This document shows positions 28,036-41,482 of a stretch of 64,000 bases of DNA, piece after piece. The stretch's first letter is position 1. Every line of letters begins with the position of its first letter. The notes beneath the pieces are model-generated. The model did no database searches. It was not told where the DNA came from and saw only the letters and a program-made list of their open reading frames with translations. Source of the stretch: Paramecium tetraurelia (lineage: Eukaryota); assembly GCA_000165425.1 (NCBI GenBank), contig CT868019.1, forward strand, positions 558,001 to 622,000, read 5' to 3'. The position numbers and the translations under genes are program-made.

Positions 28036-29319
28036 TCACAATTATTTTTTTATTAAAATTCTTTCACCTTCATCCTCAAACTCCTTTTTTAATATCCACA
28101 TACTTTTGAAAGAAGCCAATTTAGATAAAATAGAACCACCTTACCAACATAAAGTAATTCTCTCTGGAGGAGCCCAAATTTTGACCTTTCATGGTAATAA
28201 ACACATACCTTAGCATCTTTTGGAATCAATCTTTTGACTTCTCCAATCAATCTCTCGGGAAAACCTTGCATCAAAGAGGTTCCTCCAGTCAAAACAATCT
28301 CGTTGTATAAAGACTTACGCAGGTCCAAATCCACTTTCTATATAGAATTGGCGAGAATTTCAGGAATGGCTAGCAATAGGTAGATTAGAATCTCATTTAC
28401 AATTTAATTCTAGACCGTATTTTTCTGGAGACATCAAGATTTCTGGAGCCCTCTGTTTCTCATAACTTATCTCAATCGTATTGTTATCAGGTAGCATATA
28501 TTGATCTTTTATCTTTCTCTCTTCCTAAAACTTCTCCTCTGCTATCATTGTTGGACTCAAAAAACAACGCTTTTCTTTGATCTTCTTAATAATTTCCAAC
28601 TCTGCCTAACCATATCGAATTCAAATATTACAGATTTTGTGAATATGTATCCTGATCTTCTTAACAAATTGTTCAAATTATCGGTGACATCTCTTCCTGC
28701 CAAATCTACTCTTTATGCACTATGTTAAATGTAAAACCCATCGTAAATTGGGATACTTTACGATACTGTGTCTCCAACATCCAAAATCACTCCAGTAGTT
28801 TTCCCACTTGCAAATAAACTAACTATTCCAGATACTGCAAAGAATAGAGCAGGACAATCGTAATTTTCAAAGAACTACTTTGCAATCTCCATCTTCTAGA
28901 TTTGACTAGAAAATGATGGTTCAGTCAATAAAATTGGGCACTAATTAATCTATTAAACCTTACTTCTTTAGGGTTGCTATGCAATTCCTAGAAAGTGTAT
29001 TTCCATAGTTGATCCATATCATTCATATCCTTTATTATACCTTTCTGATATGGATATTTTATTTTCATATTCCCTCTTATACTATCTGTAATTTAATTTC
29101 CTACATATAATTCTTAACTATTTGTAGCAGACAAAGCCTTTACTTTTGGGCGTCCAATACTTAATTATTTTTCGATTATTTTACTATGAATTAAAAATCA
29201 CTTTTGGTTTATCCTCACCTCCAAACCCTGCTTTAATTTAACTTGAACCCTTTTCATTTCTAATATTTAAATACCATGTCAATGATCATTGGGTTATTTG
29301 CAAAAATATTTCTATCCAT
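28036..29319 (-). CDS. Actin-related protein, most similar to Arp1/centractin
   Basis: IIDMGSSQIKAGFGGEDKPK, PILLTEP, SLFASGKTTGVILDVGD, RVDLAGRDVT, IVLTGGTSLMQGFPERL, WQGGSILSKLASF; several introns. Confidence 0.88.
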
Positions 29320-29717
29320 TTTAATTAAAAATTTAATAATTTTAAGAATATTTTTGTCATTTTCTCATCACACACAAAGATGTTTATTTACAATTGTGCA
29401 GAGAGTATTCAATACTAATTGCAAACCTTACCTCTAATATTCAATGCTTCATTCTTCTCCTTCAAAACGATAGTTAGATTAAATTTAATTATTTTATCCA
29501 TGAATCTTGTGATATGAGTTGATGAAGGTAAGAACAAATACTTAAAATAAATATTCTTTTAGTTATCAAATGTTTAAATTCTAATAATTTTGATTTTCTT
29601 AAATAACAATGATAACTTTCATTTCAATATCAATTATTATGAGAACTAATTTATCTAACTTCTAATATCTCTGTGTAATATGATATTATGATAAATTTGT
29701 TTAAAGGTAAAAATTAA

Positions 29718-32698
29718 ATGGAGTGTCAAATAATAATTATATATATAAATTTTGAGATGATAAATCGATCACCTACGATGAAATCGATTCATAAATAGAA
29801 TCAGAGCTTAGATCCCTTACTCATTTTAACTCCTCCAAGCAGCTTACGTGAGATCAGTTGTTCGTTTCGGGGTAATTTGAATCGATATGTTTCAATACAA
29901 AGTCGAAGAAACAAATATGAGCAGCAAGAGGATTTACATCAATAAAGATAATTTAGATTGCATTTGCAAAGATTGTATTAAGAATCATTCATCAAACAAC
30001 TGCTGGATAAGGCCATGCCAGCCAGCCGAATGAACAACTATTAAAAGTAAGTTCTTGATGATTTGTAATTTGGGTAGGATACATAAATAGATGATATAGA
30101 CAGTACTTGTTATAAATTTATGTTCAACTATCTAAACAATTATCCTATCATATAACCGTAAAGCAGTTTAAAACTGTGTTCAGATATAATTTTCATTATA
30201 AACACATTGATGATTTTTATATGGTTGCCATTTAAATATTCGTTTGATTTCGATTCTATTCTATAAATATTAAATTATGACTATTACTACATAATTGAAT
30301 ATTTGTTAGTGGTGATCCTGATATTTGAAATGATTATCTCCCTTAATTAGGCTTACATATTTAAGGGGAAAGTAATTAAGTAATAAATTCTTATTGTATT
30401 AGTTAGCGCTATCATATAATATATAATTATTTGAAATAGGACATGATTAAGGACCTCATCTGTTTGGTTTCCGTGATAGTTCTTTTATTCTAAACTTTGG
30501 AGGTGGCAGAATTGAATCTGGTATTGTTGTGTATATTTGGGATTCTTTAAGGAGCCAAATTGTTGAAGGTGGTGAACAATACTCAGGAATACTTTAATTT
30601 TTAGCAGAACAATATAATCCCATTGATTATCAACTTGATTGCAGTAATTTATGTGATCCATTTGGTAGCATGTATATGGTACACTTTAATAAAGGATATA
30701 AATAATTTAAAATCGTTGGAGAATGTATTTCAATAATACGTTTAATGTTTCCATTGGGCATCAGTCTATTTGACTAGTTCTGGACTTTCGAATTTGGAGT
30801 CAAACAATAACGAACAATTGATATTTTCATCTATGATATCAATAATTTCAATATTGATAAATGGATTTGTCACAATAAAGATTGGATTTTTTTTGTATAA
30901 TCATTCTTAGAGAATTAAACACAATTAATACATTAACATGATGACAAATTTTATGAATTTGAACAGCATAAATTTGAATCTACAACATAGAATCCGTAGT
31001 TATTTGCAATACATATATAAAGTAATTGAAAATAGTAATTTTATTTAGTAAGAACAGTAAATGAATGATGAAGACATCACTTAGATAATGGGTAAATTAT
31101 CACTGTAATTAAGAAGTGAATTGAAGCATCAATTGTAGGCTAATATTTTAGAGTAATGCAAAATGATATCCTCAAATTTCTCTATTAAATTGAGAAAATA
31201 GTTGGTTTATTATATGGAGGAAGTGAAAACAATACCTGAGTAAAGAATCTTGACTTTGGATGAGTAGGATGACAGTTCAATCTACTTTATAAACAAGGGT
31301 GAAGTGAATATGATATTTGAATAAACAAACAACATGAATGAGAAGCACTCTCGTAATCATATAAAGACTTTACAAAAAGGAGAGTACTTTGGATTTTTAG
31401 GGTTTATAACTGGAAGCACTAGGACAGCCACAATAATTAGCAAAGGGTTCTGTTAATTGTACAAGATACAAAGAAGACATTTTGTAAATTTGCTCGAACA
31501 ATTTCCAGACGATAAAGAGAAATTCTACATGATAAAGGACAAGGTCTAATTTCAGCAAGACTTATCAATGCTGGATGTGAGATGTTATAGTTGCAAATCT
31601 ACTAGTCATTTGGTGAATTAATGTCCATTCTTACATTATTAGCCAGATAAAGATAGAGTTATCAAATAACAATTGTATCCAATCCAATAAGAAAGAGAGG
31701 AGATGTAATATAAATTGACATATATCAAGATAACGTAAATCCAAGTATATCAATGCCATGTTGTAACAAGCAGTAATTCAAGATTTGGCTAAAGAATTGA
31801 TGAAGGATTTGGAACATGTGGAAGGAGGTGAGAACTTATCAGAAGACGAGTCCCAGGATGTTGAAACAAGAACTATAAAAAGTATAATAGATTTGTCTAA
31901 TAGGCACTTCGAATATCCAAACCAAAAGTTTAAGCAAATCTATTAGTTAATATAGCAATCAATTGAGTAGGTTTAGTCATAGACCATCTTAAACTTTGAC
32001 AGTGGGATTAAGTTAAAATTATCAGTCATCCAAATCTCAGGAGGAAATAGGCAAGTTTGAATAGGAGGTGTTGAAGAAGATGTCCCTGTAAAGGAAATCT
32101 CAATAGAAAGAGACAGCAGGATTCGGAGCCAAATTCGAATCTTAGATGCATAATCCAATTCAAGAAAATGATGAAGATATACCAGTCATTGATATCATAG
32201 ATGAAGAATTTTAGTTGCAATAGTAGGAGAATTAAAAGGCTGCTTAATAGTTTTATTATTCAGATAAGAGTCCAAGAATTTACAGGAGAGTTTCATAAAG
32301 AGTGACATTTGATCAGAACTAGCTTGGGATGAGGAAGAGAAGGTCAAGCTTAATTTATGAGAATTATATTTAACAATTGTATGAGGAAGAACACTATTAA
32401 ATCAAATTCGTAAGATTGCTTTCATTACCAACCATAGCCCATCATAACACAGCCTTCGGTAGGAGACTTCGATAAAATCTGTGAGTTCAGAGAGTATTAT
32501 CCAGAGTATAACATCTCCAGAGTGATGAAGTTCCTCTAGAGAGTGGCCTCTACATATCATAGAAAAAACATCAATTCCTTATACTCTTTCTTGTTTATTG
32601 CCATTCAGAAAGCATAAGCCATGAAAGACAAATTAAATCATTTTCAGAGCAGAGGAACCATCAAGCCAAACTCGAATAAAAGGATATACAAGTATTGA
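29718..32698 (+). CDS. Cyclic-nucleotide-binding-domain cation channel (EAG/KCNH-like ciliate family)
   Basis: S1-S6-like helices (HLVACIWY; FHWASVYLTSSGLSNL), C-linker LQHRIRSYLQY, CNBD IYFINKGEV..GEYFGFLGFITGSTRTAT, then CYSCKSTSHLVNQCPFLHY. Start approximate. Confidence 0.88.
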
Positions 32699-32812
32699 CA
32701 TTCATATATGATTTAGGAAAGGCAAAGTTAAAACAGTTATATTTTGAAATAAAATAATCATGTTTTTATTTATATTTATAGTTTAATAAATCTATGACAA
32801 ACAATAAAAAAC

Positions 32813-33181
32813 ATGCTAAAAAGGGATAAGAAACAGAAGACTGACAAAATTGTGTAAACCAACATGGAAGAAGATCCCAGAGAATTCTATTTGATTGACA
32901 CTTAAGAAGAAGTCAGTGGACACATCTTGGAGAGATTAAGACAATAACCAATAGTATAGATGAAGAAGGTCCCCTTTGACAAGGAGCATGGGAACACAAT
33001 TGACAGTGTTCCCATTAATATTAAATCACATGTCAAAACAGACAACGAATTGTACTTTGAATTACAATATTAAAATCCAAACTTGTTAACATCTTATTAT
33101 CCCTTCTATTTTTTAAGAGAACGATTCCCCAAATTGCTGATTGAATATTATAAGAATAATAGTGTTTTAATATTGAAATGA
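32813..33181 (+). CDS. Small protein with a C-terminal chromoshadow-like domain
   Basis: 122-aa ORF ending PINIKSHVKTDNELYFELQY..SYYPFYFLRERFPKLLIEYYKNNSVLILK*, whose pattern parallels the HP1 chromoshadow domain. Confidence 0.6.
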
Positions 33182-33190
33182 AACCTAAAA

Positions 33191-34708
33191 TCATAATGAC
33201 TTTGTATTAACTAGATTTCCATTATCGTAAACATTTATACAATATGGCTTATCTTTCAACAACTTAAAAACCATGTGTTCTCCATGTTACTTACCCTAAA
33301 CATACTCCCCAATCTCTCTTGTCTTATTCTCCACATCAGTGAATATCCCTTACCCATGTCTTTGTCCATCCTTGTAATTTCCTTCAAAAATGTTATCATT
33401 TATATATTTGTACACTCCAGGCCCTTCCTTCTTATCATTCACATATTCTCCTGTATATCTAAATAAACTATCATTCCATACATTTCTCCATTCGGAAATT
33501 TTACTATAGCACTACCATGTCTCAAACCAGCCTTAAATTACCCAACATAAAGTTCTCCATTTTTGTATTGATATGATCCTATGCCTTCCTTTCTATCCTG
33601 CACGTAATCTCCTTCATATTCATCTCCAGTTGCATATTTGTACAATCCCTTACCATGAAATTGTCCCATTTTCCATTGTCCTTGATATTCGTCCCCTGAA
33701 GTGTACCTCATTATTCCAAACCCATCTCTTATATCACTTCTTAGATCTCCTTGATAGTACTCTCCTTTGAACAAGGCGTGAATCCCTCTGCCTTCTATTT
33801 TCCCATTCACCCATTTGCCCTATTTAATCCAGTAACGCTTTTTCTAATCAACCATCAATTGTTGACCCCAAACAAAATTATCCTCTCTAAATACACCATA
33901 TTAATATGTCTGCGCAATTTTATTAAATAACAATCCTATCAAATTAATATCATTCCATACCTCTACCAAACTTCTTGTCTCCTTTGACTTCGCCAATGTA
34001 GAAATCTTCATTTGGATAGACTATTTTGGCTATTTCAGGACTCCTAGTCAATAGAAACTCAGGTTAAATCCAGTCAAATTTAATCTCATGTGATTACACA
34101 AACTTTTTCAATTGTTCATTGTAAATATTCTTTTCAAATATCTCATTCGTTTCCAGCATCATTAATTTCTCATGTAGATCATTGCTAATTTTAAGCAAAT
34201 CTTATATTCCCATTTTCTATCCAATAAAATTAGAAATATCTTCAATATTATCTAGGATTCTCTCATCATGAAATGTTGATAGTAATTCACATTATTCATT
34301 TGTAAATTGATTGATATTACCTGATTGCAAAATCACAAAACTATCTGCCAAGTCCTCCAACATCTAATACAATTATTGTATATCATGAATATAATACTAT
34401 AGCAATCTCTCCAATTCTTCATTGATATTCTAAACAATTGACTTAAACTAATCGGCCTTTTACTACAAGATAATAGTGAGCTGCAACTTATCGAATTTTG
34501 CAATTGAATCTTTACACAATTATTAAACTTGTGCAATTGTCTTAACATCCTTTACGTGCTCACAATGATAGTCGTGATAACAGAAGCAACACATCAACCG
34601 TTTATCACAATGAGGGTTCAAGCAAATGGCTATCAACCTATCTGCTCCCTCATCATGTTGTCTGTCACACTTTTTATCTGTTTTTATAAATGATTAAGAT
34701 AATTGCAT
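33191..34708 (-). CDS. MORN-repeat protein with N-terminal Cys/His (B-box-like) cluster and coiled coil
   Basis: CDRQH..ICLNPHCDKRLMCCFCYHDYH; repeated GDxYxGxWxxGxxxGxG units. Confidence 0.88.
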
Positions 34709-34743
34709 TAATAAAAATTAATTTTATTTCTATAATTTACACC

Positions 34744-35906
34744 TCATTACTCAAGTGGAACATCATATTCAAAACCCTTTGTTGTTAATCCTTTGCATTA
34801 ATATTGCCCATCTCTAATAAAATGGCCTCTAAAATATCGATAATCCTTGTATTTCTTTTTTGTTTCACTCATCTTCTTAGGCACCTTGATTTATTTAACC
34901 AGATCTTCCTCCTCCAATTAGTAAACATAAGGATTCTGTTACTCCTTCTGTTTATTCTTTTCTTCATCATTTCCTGATTTCTACGAGTTCCTCTTTTTCT
35001 TTGGCTTCAAAAGAACTGAAAACTACTCATTTCTCATTATTATTTGACTCATTAAAGAGTTTTAGTTTTCTCGAATAATCATTTTCTAAAAGTGTCAACT
35101 TATAAATTGGACATTGCTTATTTTGATCGATGGTTTTTAATAACATCGGATGAAATGTTAATTGATTCACATTGCTTGTGAAAAATCTATTAATTCTTCT
35201 AAACTCTTCCATCAATTATAAGTAAAAGTAGATCTTTTTGAACTGATGTCTTGTAGTTATTCTTGAGAACTTGCTGTATCTCTCTTCTCTCGAGTCCGAA
35301 AAACAACTAGCATAACATTTTAATAATTCTTGCAGTCTCTCAGCACTATCCCTGAAATCCATCTACAAAAAAATCATCCTTGTATTCTTCAATATCATGA
35401 TCCAATATTCTCAACATCGATAATACTGTTATTGGTTATATCATTGTATGTTTTTAATAGAAATCAGATCTCCTCAAAGACTTTACAACTGAAAATATAT
35501 AGCAATCTTTAAATCCCAATAATCCTGGCTTCAACCATGTTTTCACATAATCGGCATATCGAGTCGAATATAATTAGATCCCTGTCAATCTCTTAAATTC
35601 ATGTTTTGCGTATTCCATGTTCCCTCTTGTTTTTATGGCTGTTTCGAATAATGTTGCTAGTTGTTCCTTAGACATGTTCTCATTGTAATCAACAAAAGAC
35701 TCCCATCTAATTATATATCATAGTTTCTACGCTCTTTTCAATCTGTATGCCTTCTCAATCTTTATCCCAACTTGGGCCTCCAAATGTCGAGCAACCTATC
35801 CCCAATTTTTACAATTGGGTCCACCATGTACATCCACTATTTACACTAGTTCTTTCGATATGCTTAAGTATTTTCCTTTGCTCTTTTGTCTATCCTTTTA
35901 TCTCAT
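34744..35906 (-). CDS. Myb/SANT-like domain protein
   Basis: ELVQIVDVHGGPNCKNWGQVARHL..RLKR.WESFVD resembles a divergent Myb repeat; basic PKKKRNS stretch. Confidence 0.6.
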
Positions 35907-36179
35907 CAGAATAAGTATTATTATTGATTTTTTTCCCCTTTCTATTTCGCATTTTAATTTTTGTCAAAATATTATAAACATAATTATTAACTTAAAACAA
36001 TGTATTTTTCATATACCTAAATAGAAGAATCAGATTTTTAGATGGAATAACAATTAAATAATCGATAACACTTATAGCAGTATAGTTATTATAATATTTG
36101 CTATTTTTAATTAAATAATCATTAAATTAACTTTAATATGAATATAAATCTATATACAGAAATACTCGAATGTTTAATA

Positions 36180-39100
36180 TCATATGTCATAAATTTTTCT
36201 CTCCATTGTGAATTGATAAGTAATTATTTTAGTTTTTGACTTTATATTTTTTTCCTCCTTTATCAGTTCCTCTGCAATCTAGTCCACTTATTATACTTAT
36301 TTATTGAAGACCAGACTAACGAATTTAAACATCCTCTAAATGAAGGAATACTATTGATATAGAAAATAAGCATGCTGTTTAATATCAATCAAAAACTATA
36401 TTAAGAGCATGACAACTGATAATCCAATAATAACCCATCCCAAGATTTCCATATTTGAAATTTAAGATTGATCCAATTAATTGGTTCCTGATTGAATATA
36501 ATAAATTAAGAGGATAAACAATTGTTCCAACCACAAAATACACTCTGTCAAAATTACCTTATAGAATTCATTAATATCTTTCAGAGGTTTGGTCAGGATA
36601 ATGTATCCAATAAAAATGATATTCTAAATAGAGGATATCAAAATTTGAAAGGAAGGACAATGGTATAGAAATATTAAGGAAAACATGAACATCATTTTTT
36701 TAATTAGGATCATTAGATTGTAATATTTTACGAATTAATTCTAATGAATTTCTGGGTTGCCTTCTAAAAAGGATTCATGCTTCTATTTATATGTTTGAGT
36801 AACAAATTCGTACTATTTTTTAGATATTGCATTTAAGCCATAATAAATGAATAATAGTTGAGCAATAAAAGCAATTACACTCAAATAATAACTAAATCCC
36901 ATATCATTTTGATACATCTTCAATTATAAAAACATTGCCATATTAAAATCCATTGCAACAGTCAAAATAGTTCTGATTATATTGTTGTGGATTTGAGAAG
37001 TATAAATACCAGATAGGAATAATAGATGCTTTGCTCCAATATAGAGGTAATATTAAAACATCCCCAGGACGAAATAAATATCATCAGAGATTTTATTATG
37101 AAGATAGTGAATGTAGTAATTACATAGTTTATTAAGTATTATTGAAAGCATGAAAGTGCAATAAGTAATAACAAATACACTCAACACACTAAGTATGTTT
37201 ATGACAAATAAGGAGGAGTATCCTTCTTCTGCAAACTTCTAATCTGGCTGATTCTCGGACATTTTAAAATCAAAATCAAGAATTGTTAACTGAACTGATA
37301 TATACTCTTTTAAGAAATCAAATTCGGCGAATCCAAAGGTTTCAAAATACATCTACAAATTATAGGGGAAAATAATATTTAAGTACTTTAAATAGGCTAA
37401 CATTTAAATTGAATCCAATAAGTTAAAAAATATATTCAATCCACCAGTAATAAAAGAAAAACCAGCTAAACTCAATAGAAATACCATAATAAAATAAGCA
37501 AAATTAGATGAACTATTTGTAGCTGACTTAGTACCTTCACTTTGTTTAATATACGATAGTAGTTAGATTTTTTAGATGTTATTTTCCAAGATAGCTCCTT
37601 GCTAATTTTTAATTTTTTATGGAGTAGTAATTTCAACCTATAGAAAAGGATTTTCAATATCGGTCAAAAATTGGATTTCAATTAAAAGAGATTAGGGATT
37701 CAAATTTGTGATATTTGAATTATATCCAACCTATGAATTATTAAATTACAAATTGATCATAGAAGATAAATTTCCATAAATGGCTACATCTTAATTGAAA
37801 TCTAAGTAACAATATCTCTTATTATTGAAATACTTGTCTTTGGGATCAGATTTCAACATAAAATCTATTGGATTAATAATTTCGCAAGTTGGATTGCATA
37901 TGAATCCTTCTTCTACCTGACACTAAGAATTGCATCCATCTCCATCAATGATATTACCATCATCGCATTATTCAATATCAACTAATATGTTATCACCACA
38001 GATAGCTGTGCATTTATCATCCTTAATTTAAAATCCAAATTCTTATTCACACATCTTGCAAGTTTTATCTTCTAATGTGAATCTGCATTATACACAATTG
38101 TCCTAAGAAGTGATACAGGTAAGACAACTTTAGGAACATTATTAGCACTCATTGTTTCCATTTAAATAGTATCCATCATTACAGATTTAACAATAACCTT
38201 AATAACACTTCTTGCAAATATTAGATCTGCATCTATCAGTGGTGAAATAACAATCAACGCAACCATCTCTGGAATTATTGTTTCCATCATCGCATTCCTC
38301 ATCCCATTGCAATATATTATCTCCACATTATGAATAACAAGGATGTGAGGCATTTACATTTTGATATGGTTTACAACTGATGCATTCTAATACTCCAAGA
38401 TCAAAATATCCTTTTCTACATTTACATTCAAAAGAATTCATTTTATCAGAAGATTTAATACGAGAGGTTGGGCATGCAGTACATTAATTGAATTCTTCAG
38501 ACTAATTACAATATATGCATGAGTAATGACATTTTTAACATTAATTTGTTTCATTTTCAAAATAGCCTTAATTGCATATGCAAATCTGTTGTTTGTTGAT
38601 AACTCTGTTTACTGCAATATCACAACTTAGACAAAGTGAATCCTATTCGCAAGTGTAACAAATTGGATTACACTTCTAACATACTTATTGGTTGTCTTCA
38701 TAATAACCAGTTTAGCATACACATTTACCTTTGGACAATTATCTAAATAGTTGAGTATCACATTCAGTACAACGATCATATTCAAAATAACAATTAACAC
38801 ATAAATGATGACATTATTGACAAAAAATACTCTGGGCAATTTCAAAATAGCCTTATTTACATTCACACATATTTTCAAATAATTCTCTATTAGTTTCACT
38901 ATTACAACTTGTACATGACTCATATCCATTACAAGTGATGCATTTTGGATTGCATAGAATACACTCCAGATCTTGGTTGAGATAATAGCCCTTTATGCAT
39001 ACACATGTATTCATATTTAGTACTTTCAATTAGTTGAGATCACATGAATCACACGCTGGATAATTTAATTGACATGTTTAACATTATTGAGGACATTAAT

Positions 39101-41286
39101 TTTATTACTTACATATTTCATTAGCTTATGAGCCCTAACAAAAGCACTTTCCTTCTTTCAATTCAAAACCATCTTTGCATTATAAGCAAATATCTATTTT
39201 GCATTTACCACAACTGAAAAAGCAAGGGTTACATTATTCTTAGTCATAAAAATAACCATCCGAACATCGGTAATTGTTGAATTAGTAACTAACTTAGTTT
39301 TCTAATCTAAACTCATACTTTAAACAGACTCCATTTGAATCACATTATTCACATCCATGATCGCACTAAAATTAAACATCATTTTAACCTTTTCAATTAT
39401 TATAAAATAATCAAAGAATGAACAGTATCCATCAAATGGTGAAAAACATCTGAATTCTAAACTGGTTGTATTAAAAAAATGAATAAATTCCATAGTGTAA
39501 TTACGATAGATATAATCAGGAAATTCTTAATTTAGTTGATAACTTGTAAACTCATATAATGGATCAGCATAAAATTTATGTCTTTACTAATTAAGACCTA
39601 CTCCAACAACTAATTCAAAAAAATAATCCTATGAATTATTTTACCAATCAATTAATAACACCGATATCATTAATCTTAATTTTCGATGAGGTTTTTACAT
39701 TTGAAATTTTTACTGTAAAATACCACCACCATATAATTTCGTATTAAACAAATAAAGAAATCTACTTTCAAATTGATACCATGCTATATTCAAAATATTC
39801 ATGAGCAACTTTTAATCAGGACTTACAAGATAATTAGGATAAAACTCTTTTAGTATATATTGTGGATTCTTAAAGACGCTGTCATAATCTTCGCATACAT
39901 TTCCGTTTTATGTTGAATAAGAAGGGCATTGGTTTATGCAATTCCCTTTATACCAAAGGGTACAAACTAAAGGCAATTAGATTGCAGGTTCAATTTCATT
40001 CACTATGACCTAATCTATTCCCCAGCCATAGAAAGGATCTGATATGCTATGATAAAAATCCAAATTTATACTTAAATTAAGATCCTATTCCTAATACAAT
40101 ATCCTACTCAAAAAAAGTTTAAAGTGTCATGTAAAATTAGACTTTCTTGCAACTTGAAAATCCAATACGTGAACAATCCTAAACTGATTTGATAAGACCA
40201 AATCTGGTAAACAATGAGGAGGTTATTAAGCTATAAGTGATGGTTGCAACTCTATAATTATTCACTTCAATCATCAATCTAGACAGTTCCTAAATCATAA
40301 TTTAAGATAATTACAGCTAAATTTCCAAAAAGATAAATTGTGATTTCAAATTCTAAAATGCTAGTGATTGACGACTTTCTAAAAGAATATTGTATTTTAT
40401 CATTAAATCTAAAAGGACCATGCACATCTTAATCTGCCTCATATGTTGACGATTTATAAAAAATATTAGACAAAGTATCCTTTATATAATCATATTTTAT
40501 TAAATTCTGATTAACATCATCCACAAATAATATGGATTTGCTTGCATATGGTTTACAAGTAACTTCATTAAAATCAAAATAGCCTAAAGGACAGGAATCA
40601 AAGCAATCGTCATTAAAAATAAAGGGTTTTGGATAAGAACATCTGCAGGAATTTGACAATAATTAAAAGTTTGGCTTACAAACTTTGCAGAATTATTTTA
40701 GTTCACATTGCAAGCAATTTTTAGAGCATTTGTTTATAAAAATATTAAAGTTTTTTATTGAAAATTGAGTAGTAACATCTAGTGGTCGTATTTCAAATAA
40801 GTGATTAAAATTTACAGTGTTTAATGGTATGTTTATCTAAAAATCTAAAGCATATTTCAAATCTGTAAATGCTCTAGAATTACAATAAGTACAATTTATA
40901 TCTATATTTTATTATAGAAATAAATCAACATCATCTGGGATTATATTTCCATCAAATTTAAAAAGAAAAGGTAGATGTAAAATGGAATCTTGAGGGTATT
41001 AAAAAATATATAAATCAAAAATTATTCTTACTTACATATATCCTCTTTCCTGTGTTAGATCAATACTTCTAGACCAAGATTATCCAGTGAAATCATAGAA
41101 TTATTAAAAAGGAGGTACAATAGGATTGCAAGTATAAGTAGGAGGTACAGCATTCCAACCAGTGGAAGGAAAAGTATTATCAACTAATTCTGATGAATAA
41201 TATTGCCATTCTGATAATTTAGAGCTTTGATTCTTAATGACTTTTATTAAGACTGAGAGGATGCAAATCTGTAAAGTTGTTGACAT
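36180..41286 (-). CDS. Large Cys-rich membrane protein, paralog of the 17113-22381 gene
   Basis: Signal-like N-terminus; furin-like repeats; CGDNILQWDEECDDGN and CGDNILVDIEQCDDGNIIDGDGC; membrane region FFNLLDSIQMLAYLKY..FPYNL..IKKMMF..LGWVII..QFLIDIKQH. Confidence 0.88.
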
Positions 41287-41482
41287 GATTTTAAAATAAT
41301 TTACTATAATATATATTTATTTCAACTTATAATTACTATAAGATCATGCAGAATGTAGAATAATAAACTAATGACAAATATAAATTAAAAATCAATCACT
41401 TTAAGTTAAATAACTAAAATTTAGTGTATTCAATTTTATTCAACAATTGAAATAAGATACTCAGTTATATTGAATATATAAA

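Noticed and set aside
30590..31030. Suspected frameshift or overlapping ORF in the channel gene
   Set aside because: Recounting shows the channel frame is continuous; long alternative frames are expected when TGA is the only stop.
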